Of a stretch of DNA of 64,000 bases, positions 52,801 through 64,000 are shown one piece after another. The position numbers were made by a program, and so were the translations under genes. This stretch comes from Psammoneis japonica (Eukaryota). The notes below the pieces were generated by a model, which ran no database searches, was not told the origin of the DNA, and saw only the letters and a list, made by a program, of their open reading frames with translations. The first letter of the stretch is position 1. Each line of letters opens with the position of its first letter. The stretch is taken from contig QPGO01000004.1 of the NCBI GenBank assembly GCA_008632985.1, positions 930,001 through 994,000 on the forward strand, written 5' to 3'.

Positions 52801-53370
52801 ACACCATCACATCTGTTTGTCCCAGGCTGTTGTGACAATGACTGGGTGACATCTTTGCTGGATCATGCAGAACAGAACAAAGCCTTCCCCATTGATGTTG
52901 TGAACTGTCACTTTGGATTCAATGCTCTGGGCACAGCTGATGGTGAACATGATGTTCTGAGATGTCACACAAACTTTCACTTGCATCCGTGGGAACAAAG
53001 GAGTTGGCGCAACTGGGCCATGGCGAAGTGGGAAAAGAACAAAAAGAGCCATTTGGTTGCAGCTCATGTGTTGTTGTGGGCAACCTTGGATGGAACAGAA
53101 ATCCACAGTTTGTGCAATTTAATTGCTTGAGAGCTTCACACCAACCCAAGATTCTCTCTTGACCTTTTTCATGGGAGATGAAACAGAGTCTGAAATCAGA
53201 GTTGTTGAGGCTTTGGATGTGTTGTCTGCTGCCTTTGTTCTTCCATCAACAAGGTTGCCACTCAACCCATTTCCCAACAGTTCAGAAAATGCCACTTGCT
53301 TTGTCATTGTTCCACCAAGAATTGACTGGTGCAATGCAACTAATTCCTTGATGTGGAGGAATGTTTGGAC
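49850..53370 (+). mobile_element. Degenerate Plavaka-type DNA transposase gene
   Basis: Ordered motif remnants across frames: SHSLCKAFLSWARHA; ICGSLNAEHWWKQA; FVCPIVLFDDFTFCDNAGCL; GMLP*ELL.AF.LGL; RRQSDWKMPRTPF..GI...GLVLLL; HMSKFHGFLHF...CGNASNF; VLRCHTNF..PW..SWRNWAMAKW; FVIVPPRIDW. Family assignment is from remembered motifs, not a search. Confidence 0.65.
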
Positions 53371-56241
53371 ACTGAACATTTGGATGAATGCTGGTGAACC
53401 AATGAGTGTGCCACAACTTTGCAATGTCAACTGACCGGAAACTGTCAAAGTGCAATGTTTGGGTCTGCCATTTCCAAGGAAAGAGACCCAAGGATGCCAA
53501 AGATTTGGTGCTGTTGTCAAGAGGTTCAATCAACAGCAAGTCACCCTGTGAATGTTTTTCCATGATCTGTCATGGGTCAGGAGGAATCCATGACAGACTC
53601 ATCCAGAGAGAATTCTTGCAAGGGCAACGCAGCACTTGTGGTGTTGTCTCCATTGCAATCATCACTCAATGAATCATCAACACAAAATGCATCTTCTTCT
53701 TCCAAGTGCAACTGCTCTTTGTCAACAGTGTCCTCTTTGACAACAATCTCAGCCACAGATGCTGCATTTGCATCAGATTTTTCATTCTCATTGCTGCCTG
53801 TTGCCACAGTTGCCTTTCCAGCAAAAACAATTGTGATGGCACCAAACATGCATTTGCTTTGTCACACAATGACTGCAGCAAGGGGGCCATGTTTCCCCCC
53901 CCCAATGTGCATTGTAGCTGGGGTGCAGCAAGCATCCTGGGCAGTTGGCTTTGAGTTCTGATGTGATGAACTGAAGCAGCTCAGATTTTCCAATGCTTTT
54001 TCCAAAGACACACCAAGCAACAACACATTGGAGGGGTTGCAGTGTTGCAACAGAGCTTTTGTGCACCCTTTCCATGCTGCTTGAACAACCTCCTTGTGTT
54101 GTTTCATGGAAAAGGCAACTTTTGGCATTGTGTGTTTCTTTCCTGTCTTCTGGTTGTGCCCAACTTCTGTGTTGACAATGCCGCTGCACATTGGAAAAGG
54201 TGACACATCAACCAGAGCAGCACCTCTGTTCTTGGTTGTGCCCAGCATCTGGAGTTTGTTGTTGGCTCCATCTGTTCACAAATCAACTGTGTCATTTTCT
54301 GGGCTCCACAGCATGGTGTCTGTTTGATGGCAGAGAAAGCCTCTGCATCCATCTCCAGTGGGTCCAAACAACCATTGGGTGCATGAAAATCTCCTGCAGG
54401 TGCTGTTTTCATCACCCGCCAAAACTGGTCTGTCCCTTTAAACACAGATTTCCTCTTGCCATTGGAAAGCTTGTTCAACACCTTTTCTGGCAGCAGCCAT
54501 CCCTCCCCATGCAACAAACAGTGGGCTGGGTTGACATGATCTAGAAACAAGTCATTGCAGTCAATGCCAAGTTCTTTTTCCATTGTTGATTTTCCCAAAG
54601 AGTGTGGTGGTGGTGATGCTGAATGAGACTCTGCAAGTGCAACCAAATTTGGTTTTCATTCAGTGACCTGCCCATGACATGACACCTGCTTGCCAACATC
54701 ACAGAATCAATCTGCGGAACTTTCCTCACTTTGCAGGATGGCCACACACTGTGGAGTTCTTTGTGTGTTTGTTCAAGGAAATGCTCCAAAACAGTGGTGT
54801 GTCAACAGCAGAGCTCAACACAGAAGAGAGTTCACTTGGGCTGTCCATTGTTGGTGCAGCTCACTTTTGATGCTGTTTGGCAAGGGGCAAACAACAGCAA
54901 CAAAGCACAAGCAACACCCACCTCAGCCGGCATTGCTTTTTGTTTTTGGTGATGTGAATTGCAAAGCAGCCCCAGCAAACAGTGTCATCCACCACAAGCA
55001 CGTGGCAACAGCCACCCTGTTTTCAACATCAACAATTTTGTGTTACACCAAGCCACAAACAAATCTCATTGAGATCAAATTTAGTGATCAGACAAGTTGT
55101 TGTGTGCAAGTTCTCTCAAAACAACTCTGGTTGAGAGTTGTTCAAAAAAAAAAAGATGCAACCATCAATTGACCATGGTTGATCACACTTTTAGGTGGGT
55201 GCAATGCAGCTGCCACAAAAGACAGAACAAACCACAGGTTGGGTGTGGAGCTGATTGTGGTTTGCATGGGTGAGATCATTGGCAAACCAGTGCTGACAGA
55301 TTGCAATCGTGGGCCAACTGATTGTTGATTCCATGGGTTCTGTTGCTGGCAAACTCTAAAAAAATTGCATCCTGTCATCCCTCTTCCTGGAGGAACTGCC
55401 AAGCCAGGCAAAAGTTGCCAATCAACAAGAAATGAACAAGATGCTTGGTCTCTCTGGAAAACCTGTGCAGATCATTTCTCTTTGCTGGCAACTTTCTCTT
55501 GTGCCCCACTCTCATGTGGGATGCCAGCCCATTGATGATGGCAAAGGGACCTCATTCTTGATGGTGCAATTTTCCATTCTGTCCTTCAAATTCAATGTCT
55601 TGGATGTCATGGGCAGTGCACCATCCCCTTCCAAATTCTCAAAGAGTTGGGCATTGATGAAACACTGGAAATGCATCATGACAGCATGGTGAGTGGGGAA
55701 ATTTTCCTGCTCACCATGCCTTTCCACAATGCAGCACCTGCACTGTTGAGAGTTCTGCTCATGATGATGGCAATTCATGCAGCTGCCGCCGATTGGAACA
55801 AGGGTGTCAATCCTTTCTTGTGTGTTGTTTCAAAATTGGTCAGTGGCAAATGATGTTTTTTCAGATGGGTGTGTGCAATGCTGGTCCTCAAGCAGTTTTC
55901 TCCACACCTGCATCAGTTGTGCAAGAGTGCAATCATTTTTGTTTGGACTTAGAAACCTCATCCTGCACACAATGAACTTTGGTGGTTCTAGACAACAAGA
56001 TGGTGGGTTGTGACAACAACACACAAATTGTGGCAATGAGTGCTTTGGATCATGTCACAAATGTTTGCCATCAAGTGCATCACACTGTGTTTTCTGAAAA
56101 GGGTCAACCAGCAAGTTCGAATGAAAAATGTCCAAAAATCCTGCTGCATGGTTTTTACGTTCTTGCTGGCATCTTGTGAGATTGTTTGAATGACAGTCAT
56201 TTGCCACATGGTCAGAACTCTCTTGTTGTCATCTTGTTGAG

Positions 56242-56466
56242 ATTGTTGCAATGAAACTCATGTGTTTGTCAAACAGTCCATGGATGATGGATTGGCAACA
56301 GAAAAATGCCAAATGTTGACATTGTTGCAACGAAGCTCATGTGTTTGTCAAACAGTCCATGGATGATGATGGAATTGGCAACAGAAAAAAACCAAATGTT
56401 GACATTGTTGCAATGAAGCTCATGTGTTTGTCAAACAGTCCATGGATGATGATGGATTGGCAACAG
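56242..56466 (+). repeat. Tandem repeat, ~80-bp unit x 2.8
   Basis: Units start at 56242, 56321 and 56404 (attgttgcaa[t/c]gaa[a/g]ctcatgtgtttgtcaaacagtccatggatgatg...gcaacag). Confidence 0.92.
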
Positions 56467-59400
56467 GACTTGCCTTGCTCATTTGAACAACTCATTCAAC
56501 TGTGCAAGCAAATCAACCAAATTCCTTGTGTTCTTGTGCCAAAGCCAGAGTGGATGGATGAGTGTGACAAAAATGGCAATTGTCTGTTCCTTGCTTGGTG
56601 CACCAAACAGAACTTGCTGATGGTGCATGTGGCAGACAAGGTGCATCACAAAAGCAATGCTGAACCTTGTTCATTCATGACAAAGATTGGTGACAGACCA
56701 AATCAAATTCAAAAGAACCAGAATGAGCGGCATGACCTGACGAGTGCAAGCTCTGATGAGGATTGGATCTGTCTGTGTGACAAGTTAGATGGGATGGAAC
56801 CCATTCATGATTTTGGTGAGACATCCAAAATTGTGCAATTTAGAAAAGACAATCACTCTGGTGACAGCACTCACTCTGAAGTGCAGCTGCAGAAAAGTGA
56901 CAAGATTGCTGCAATTGGAACATTGCTGAGATCTGGACCAAAACATCAAACTCCAGCAGATCTCTGAGCCTTGGACAACAATTTCTCATTGTCCCAGCCA
57001 AAATCCTTGGGCTCCATTTGGTCCTCATGCATCTTGTCATTGTCCTGCACAGAATGTGTGGGAAATCAACTTGTTCCACTGGCACCAGGTTGCTGTTGCC
57101 TGCTCCTTCATTGTGTGACAAAAAATCAAGAATTGTCCAAGCTGGAATGTCCATTGCCAGAGCTCTGGCACCTGCAGCAATGGTGACAGGCAGCTGGCTT
57201 GTTTTGTTCCTCTGAATTGTTGTTTGACAAACAACAGGCAAGCCTGTGCCTGGAATCTGGGTTTCTGGAGATTCATTCTCAGGCCACCATCCAACACCCT
57301 GTTGGATGTGATGACAATTTTGTGATGCTTCATAAATGATTTTGCAATTGAGCACATTCTCAAGCACTGTCCTCAGCAGCCAGATTGCTGCTTTCAGGTG
57401 CAGCTGGCACATTCTTCATGTTTTGCAGGCTGTCAATCAAATCATCACAGTGTTCCTGGAACACATTGGCAAGAAGAAACTTGACAGTGATCAACTGTGC
57501 AAGTGCCTCCTGCACAGCACTCTCCATTGTGTGGGACACAGTCAGCCCGTTGTTCTTGTTGCAGCATTTGGCAACTTTGTTGTGGTTCTGCTCATGGTCT
57601 TTCACTGGCATTCAAGTGTAACACAGGTGGAGAGTGGCAGCAAGAGGCAAGAAGAATTCCACTCACAAAAATGGAGCCATTTGTCCAAAGTCGCAGGTGG
57701 TGCAGAGATGGACTGCATCATGACAGCAAGCAACAGCTCTGTGTTCCTCATCCATTAATTTGACACCAACAGAAGAGTTGTTGAACAAGTTTGCATGAGT
57801 GTGCCAACCTGTCAAAGACAGATGGACAAAAACACTGTCATGAGCAGCAAAGAGAACATTCAGAGGAGAATTAAAAAAAAAGCATCACCTTCAATGCCAG
57901 AATTGGAGCCACAGAAGCCATGACATTTGTTGAAAATGCTTTGCAGGGTGGTGGGAAACAAGGCACTGCAGGCCTTTGATGGCAGAGTGTGATCAATTTG
58001 TGATTAAAGGTGAGCTGCTGAGGTGTTTTGTTCTTGACTCATGAAGTTCAAGGCCAAGGGGCCTGCCTTCCCCCAAAACCTTTTACAAAAGGCAGGTTTG
58101 TTGCATTTTTCTTCAGACACTTGTCCTTTTCCACAAAGAAAGGTTCCCAAACCATCTTTTCAAAGGGACATTTGGAGTTTACACTGGTGTCCAGGAGAGA
58201 CTGCAAATTTGTCATGTTCCCCATCTCTTGTTTGGATGGAAAACCAAGAGAGAAAACAAGAGCATGACCTGCCTTTGAGGTGCTCACTTTCCTCACATCA
58301 TTGCTCTCCAAAGTGATCATTTCACTGGCATGAAGGGTTTGTTTCTGGGCTTTCTTGAGAGAGGCGATTGTTTGGTTGGCAGCTGCTGTTTTTGCCCCTC
58401 TGGCATTGCACATTTGCTGCAGCAGCTTGCACATCTTTTCCTGTTGGTTTTTGTAAATGCCGCATGCTTTTGCCAGCAAAACTACAGCCAAATTTTGCAT
58501 TCCTCATGGGACAAGCTGTTTCAGAAGAGAGTGCATGTGGTGTGGTGCTCAGAGGCTTCGAGCAGCTCAGCAGTCTTGCAGAAAGGGAGTTCATTGCAGA
58601 GCTTGAGAAATTCAAGATCTTTGGGTGGAATTGCCAGAGAATGTGGGTCATCCACCCCGTCATCAGATGAGTGGCTTCTTCATTGACAGAGGCAGCAGCA
58701 GCAGCAGTGGATCCTGGGTTGCCAGCCTGTGGAGGAGCAGCTTGGGCCAAAGAGCCTGGATCTCGTCCCTGAGGGCTGATCTTGGTGCCTTGCCTTGGCT
58801 GGGGTCAAGCTTGAGCTTGAGTTCCGCAAGTCCTGCCTCCACCACCATGGCCATCAGTGCCAGTGGCAGGAGTGTTGCGACCTCCACCTTGTTGGGTCCT
58901 CTTTTTTTGATGGCATGATTGAGCAACACCAAGTCACAAAAGGGTGGTTGTGAGGGTGTCAAGCAGGTTGGAAAAGATTGAAGTCCTGGAACAATTGAAA
59001 GAAGATGGAGTGTGCAAGCATGAGTGTAAAAATTTCAATCTCGACAAGAACACATCAATGTGACAGTGTGAGATGTTGACCAACTGCAAACACACGTGAT
59101 GAATCACAAATGACTTGATGATTCATTCAAGTTGTTTCAAAACATTCAAATCTTCAAAATGAAACATGAACATGGTAAAACAGAATTGCAGCTTAAAAAG
59201 CAACAGTGATGGGAATCAACTGACAGACAGGCTTGACAGCACCACCAAGCTGTTGGCAACAACACTTTGCGGTGTGCACTGCTCTCAATGCCAGCTCTCC
59301 TTTGAGTGTTCATTCAGGATGCAAAAGACTTGAGTGAAAATGTTTTGGTGTCTGCTGGTGTGCCCTGGCATGTGGTGTCAAGGTCTCCATGATGAGAGCA

Positions 59401-60400
59401 CCTTTCTCTGGGCTCTCTTCTTTTTTCATTGGGGTGGGTGTCACTCTGGATTTTGCCATGGCTGCTGTTGCTTCTTGTTCTTTGGCAGCTGCTTGAGATT
59501 GACATCAGCTTCTGATTGACAACAGCCTCCACAGGTGGCATGTCAAGCACCATGCTTTTGATGGTCATGATGGAGAACAAGCACTGATTTTTGAGGCTGG
59601 GGAGCAGCCAGAAGACATTGGAGCCCCAACACACTCATCTCTGACCTTCTCCCATTGTTCAAGAGGCACACACATGAATTCAAAGACACTGTCAGTGGTG
59701 AGTGGAGAGCAGCACCTCATGCAGTTGAAAGGGCCAGGAGCATTTGTTGTGTGGCACCACATCTTGTTTGCAAGTTGTCGAGCTGTGAATTCAGGGAGTG
59801 CAGCAAACAGTGCTTCTGGATTGCCCACATGTGCCAAACATTGGTGCAAGATGCAAGTTGCATTTCCCTGTCCATCCTCCTTTGACTTGCATCCATTGTT
59901 TGCTTTTTGCTTGAGATGATGAAGACTTCACCAGGTGGGCCAAAACATGTGTGGCTTCACAGAGCATGGAGGGGAGGAGAAAAGTGAGCACAAGTGTCTG
60001 GTCAAGCCCAGAGCTCTCATCTGTGTGTCACCTGTTTGACACTGCCCCAGGGTGCAACATGCACAACAAGTGTGAATGTTCTTGTTTACGTGCTGGCAAC
60101 ATGAGTGAGGCTGCCAGCAGAGGAGCCTCACTGCTGATCAGCAATGCATGAGCCGAACTGCCTAGAGTTACAGCAGTGCGGGCACCTCCTTTGGAATGCG
60201 CTTCGTGAATGAGCCGTCATTCACGGTCATTCAGACCATAACTACCTAGAACCTCCATAAGTTTGAAGTTTTCCCCTTTACGAGCACTCTGGGCTTACTA
60301 ACTGTATCTACATAGCCCTACTTCTACCGGTAGTTTCAAAACTCTTCTATATAAATCACTTGGGTGGACTTGCACTACTTCGATGATTCGCTCGCTTCCT

Positions 60401-62021
60401 CTAGTTCACAGATGTTTCAGCTTCACATTTGTTGTCAGTTGAGACGACCGAAAAGGATTGATTCTCATCATCTCTGACATAGCAAGTAGAGCGGTATACG
60501 TCAGGCCCGCCAGGGAACAGACTCTTCCTCTCCGAACCCGAGTAGTCATAAATGGCCTTGTTGGTTGCGATATAGTCTTCTACTTTCTTGTCATATAGAC
60601 CCGCAAACTTTGCCATTGTTCTACAGTAATCCCATTGCGCACTTCCAAGATAGTGAGTGTCCTGGACTCTGCCATTTTGCTTTGACCCCCCCACAACAGC
60701 GTCCCGTTTGGCGCTTTCAAGACGATCTTGGAGCGATGGGAGAGACCCGTCACCAAGAAGCTGTGCGGCAATAGCCTCGGCTTGGAACTCAAACAAAGGA
60801 AATGGTACAACACTGTGTGGCAGACCCACAAAACTGAGCGAAGGGTATTTTGCATGCCAAAGCTGCTCGTAAAGAGGCATTACTCGACGCTCACCAGGAA
60901 CAACCTCAAGATCGAGCTGACTGTTGTCGTTGATAAAAGGAAAAGAATAGTCATAGCCGGAACAGAAAATAATAGTGTCGACGTCTTTTGGGGCTAGAGT
61001 GCAAGAATCATCAAAGCGAATCGATGAGTCAGCTTCGACGGACATGGTCTTTGGCACCCACGTAATGTTTCCAAGTCTCTGCGGCTCTCCATTCTCCAAT
61101 GGCGGACACGCAGTGTCAGATAGATACACTGTTTTCGCGAACAGTGAGATTTCCCTAGCCAAATCGGACCCGCTTGCCCGTCCACCTACACACAAGACCG
61201 TCTGATCTCTGTAAATAGACGGATCATCGTATTCTATTGAATGAACAATCTTTCCTTGGAAGTGTTCCTTCAGACCATGAACATGAGGGATGGACGCCGC
61301 CGCATAATGCCCATTACAGATGCAAACAGCATCAAAGGTATCCGACTGTTCTCGCGTTTCTTTGTTGTCGAGCGTTTCTTCCCATTTGAGCATTATTCTC
61401 GGCCACTTCTCAGCAGTTTTGTCCCCACCTACAACACTCGGTGATGCAAGGGACCAAGACGCATCTTCAACCGTCAATTGCAGCACTCTACATCCGTAGG
61501 ACATGAAGCGAGAAAGGTCAAAATCGTTTTCATAGTCCCTCAGATACGAAAGAACTTCTTCATGTGTGACAAAGCTGCAGTCAGCAGTTCATGAAATAGG
61601 TAACAAAGTATTCTTAGATATAAAGTGGAAACACAGAGCAGATGCCTCGAACAAGAGTTCCTCACCTTTTGCCAACTCCATTTGACCCCCACGGTTTCTC
61701 GCGATATGCCATAATTTCCCTTGGGAGGTTCGTTCTAAGCCCTTGATACATAGGACGAGAAGGATCGTTTCGGATATGATGCCACACACCACCTGACCAC
61801 AACTCTTTCTCCAGTACCAACGGTTCAATGCCGTTCCTCGACAAGACCCGAGCCGCAGCTAAACCTGCAGCTCCGCCACCTATTACAGCGACCTTCAAGG
61901 AGGAAGACGATGCACTCATTTTCAACCGACTTTCCTCGCCGAGACTTGAAAAACTGACGGCGGGAGAAATAAACAACGCCAATGAGAACAGCAAACAGCA
62001 GCCGATGACTGTTCTTCTCAT
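60401..62021 (-). CDS. Flavin-containing monooxygenase (FMO GS-OX-like), with plastid-type presequence (2 exons)
   Basis: Exons complement(61666..62021, 60401..61574), 91-nt GTGAGG...GCAG intron. FAD motif VAVIGGGAAGL, GGVW, MYQGLRTNLP, ICNGHY, FQGKIVHSIEY (FxGxxxHxxxY), NADPH motif VGGRASGSD, IIFCSGY; signal peptide ending PAVS-F. Confidence 0.93.
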
Positions 62022-62345
62022 TCGCCGGTATCTTCAATGTCTTGGAGGAATCACGACACCGTACTCAGCACCCCTAAAACAACTGATCCCCGGATAAACC
62101 AACAAAAGAGCGCAATCTCATCAACTCCTTTGTGGATTCAATTCTTTTCCCTTTTTTTTAGAACACGAGCGACTACGAGAGAGGATAATCTCGACCAACT
62201 TGGAACTTGAAACTGCTCATCGAGTGCGTGTTTTATTTGGCGGGAGTTTGGTCGGTACCGGTACACTGTAAGTTACTGTACGGTAGGTCCGAAATCCTTA
62301 CTGACGGACGACGGCAAGTCCAATCGTGCTTACGATTCATACATA

Positions 62346-62490
62346 CATTCATTCGTCCCGTCCGCGACCGACTTTCAATTCATTCGTCCCGCGACTTCGG
62401 CTCTCTAGATTATATCAACTACGATATCTTTTGCTCATTCATTCGTCCCGCGATCGACTTTCAATTTCATTCGACCCGCGACTTCGGCTA
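62346..62490 (+). repeat. Duplicated ~55-bp CpG-rich element in divergent FMO/YbjN intergenic region
   Basis: cattcattcgtcccg...cga(c/t)cgactttcaatt(t)cattcg(t/a)cccgcgacttcggct occurs at ~62346-62402 and ~62436-62489; the core cattcg(t/a)cccg appears four times. Confidence 0.85.
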
Positions 62491-62685
62491 TCAACTGCCT
62501 TTTGTTCATTTTGTTGCTCTCATAATTCAACCAGCAGCAATCTGAACCACAGTTGAGGTTTCTACATCTTTCTTTGTTTTGGAATTTTGTAGCCGATCGT
62601 GAGAATGCCTTCCAGTCACCCAAACGGACCGCTTCGCGAACTTCTTTCAGCGCTTAGTGGAGAAAAACATCGCGAAGAGTCCACC

Positions 62686-63393
62686 ATGTCGGACAATCAA
62701 GAAGGTCAGGAAGAAGAGTCTCGCAAGACCGATGCAAGTGCAGGTGAGACTACTATGAGCGACTTGAAAAAGATTGTTGCCCATCTTAAAAAGCGAGATT
62801 GGGCATACTCGGTTGACGAGGACAGAGCCCTGGTTCGCACTCAATACAATGGCGTGAACGGCATTTGCCCCGTTGTCATGGACCTAAAAGAAGAAGATCA
62901 AATCTTGATCGTATACGTCATTTGTCATACTAGGGTCCCTAGTGAAAGGCGTCTTGAGATTGCAGAATTCATAACACGTGCAAACTACGGTATTATGATT
63001 GGCAATTTTGAAATGGACTTTGCGGACGGAGAGATTCGTTACAAAGCATCAATCGAATACGTTGGAGGAAAGTTGGTGGAGAAGATGATTGATGAACTTA
63101 TTGGTAAAAGTGCCTTTACGATGAATCGTTACCTACCGGGCATTATGAAAGTCATTTATGACGGCAGCATCACGGCAAAAGCGGCAATCGCCGAAATTGA
63201 GCCGAGGCAGTCAGCTGGAGATGCAGTTGCAGTTGCTGTGGCGGAGCTCTTGCAAGTTATCACGAGTGGCGGGACTTCCGGCGAGGATACCGTTGAGATG
63301 CCAGCTGTAGACATATCGGAAGAATCTACCCCGAGTAGCAATACGGAGGCCTCTGTAGTTGTTTTGGGTGATACTTCGCCGGAGGAAGAATAA
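62686..63393 (+). CDS. YbjN-domain (bacterial sensory-transduction regulator / T3SS chaperone-like fold) protein
   Basis: Single exon from ATG 62686. VP.ERRLEIAEFITRANYGIMIGNFEMDFADGEIRYK is the typical YbjN-family pattern. Confidence 0.8.
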   Translation: MSDNQEGQEEESRKTDASAGETTMSDLKKIVAHLKKRDWAYSVDEDRALVRTQYNGVNGICPVVMDLKEEDQILIVYVICHTRVPSERRLEIAEFITRANYGIMIGNFEMDFADGEIRYKASIEYVGGKLVEKMIDELIGKSAFTMNRYLPGIMKVIYDGSITAKAAIAEIEPRQSAGDAVAVAVAELLQVITSGGTSGEDTVEMPAVDISEESTPSSNTEASVVVLGDTSPEEE

Positions 63394-63685
63394 GCTTGAC
63401 AGATTAAGGAAGTACTAGAGTTACACGCGTTACGTCGGATTTCCATTGTAGAATAGTGTAAAGATTGCTTTGCCAAAGGCCATCAGGAGTTCACGGTCAT
63501 TGAGAAGAATGCATCACCTGTCTCAGAAAAAAAAGATCGAGATATATCGGTGACGCTACCACCGTTGTACTAAGGTGACAGCACCCCGCTGAAATGCTTC
63601 ACACTCGCACGTAGACGTGCGGTGAATAGAGCAGAGAACTCGACCAGGTAGGAGGCGTTGTCGCTGACGCACGCACCAAAAGGTA

Positions 63686-64000
63686 TCAAAAATAACCCGA
63701 GGTCCAGAGGAGAGACGCCAGCTCTTCGCCGAAGAAAAGGGCAACAGCGCTGTTGAACAGGTCATCGGAGTAAGACGAGCTCGATGGGGTGATTGAGCCG
63801 CGTCCTCGCTGTTCCGACACGCCAACTTGGTACCGGCTCTTAAGCAAAGGCATCAAGGGGCTTTGTGGCCGCAAGCCAAAAGTTTTCTTCAATTTACTTA
63901 AAAACTGGAATTCATCGTCATCTACGAAGCTCTTCAAGCTGATCAAGCGAGTCTCGGCTCCAGACGATTTCACTTTCTTGCTCGCGGTCATCACATTCTC
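63686..64000 (-). CDS. Possible 3' end of a gene running off the window, unknown product
   Basis: Open frame from the window edge to a stop at 63686 with coding-like composition; no recognised motif. Confidence 0.35.
   Translation of the reverse strand, partial: ENVMTASKKVKSSGAETRLISLKSFVDDDEFQFLSKLKKTFGLRPQSPLMPLLKSRYQVGVSEQRGRGSITPSSSSYSDDLFNSAVALFFGEELASLLWTSGYF

Larger units (their letters stand above)
48750..60150. other. CpG- and TpA-depleted block 6 (largest, ~11 kb)
   Basis: By-eye count for 51001-51600: 2 CpG and 0 TpA in 600 nt, versus about 19 CpG and 10 TpA in 300 nt of the intact gene at 25321-25620. Confidence 0.9.

Noticed and set aside
56242..56466. Possible CRISPR-like array
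   Set aside because: Head-to-tail ~80-bp units with no unique spacers, eukaryotic context and no cas genes; an ordinary tandem repeat.
48750..60150. Integrated virus or foreign DNA with its own composition, or an alternative genetic code
   Set aside because: No viral hallmark genes recognised. The same signature overlies unrelated sequences (DNA transposon, retrotransposon, enzyme gene, tandem duplicate), shows gradients at edges and comes with frameshifts, indicating post-insertion mutation.

Overview
Eukaryotic, gene-dense DNA, most likely from a pennate diatom. This is an inference from short 70-135 nt GT-AG introns, bipartite signal-peptide + Phe plastid-type presequences and diatom-type protein families. 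About 14 intact host genes are present, plus partial ORFs at both window edges: ankyrin protein, RBR-like E3, UTP10/HEATR1, TrhO/TSTD2-type rhodanese-RRM, a diatom Cys-motif protein, lipoate ligase, EF-hand protein, BUD31, RluA-type pseudouridine synthase, RING-PDZ-like protein, a plastid repeat protein, LacZ-type GH2 beta-galactosidase, FMO and a YbjN-domain protein. They alternate with six blocks (about 27 kb, ~40% of the window) almost stripped of BOTH CpG and TpA and rich in TpG/CpA. These blocks hold wrecked transposons (Plavaka-type DNA transposase, non-LTR retrotransposon 3' end, a MITE-like palindrome) and wrecked host-type genes (RNase Z-like, a tandemly duplicated membrane-protein gene). 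Duplicated copies and conserved motifs show CG>TG/CA and also TA>TG/CA (Tyr>Cys/His) substitutions. CpG decay fits 5mC deamination. The context-specific TpA>TpG/CpA conversion does not, and it runs opposite to fungal RIP. The best candidate for an undescribed system here is therefore a repeat/heterochromatin-targeted, RIP-like hypermutation process. All counts and alignments were done by eye; no database searches were run.
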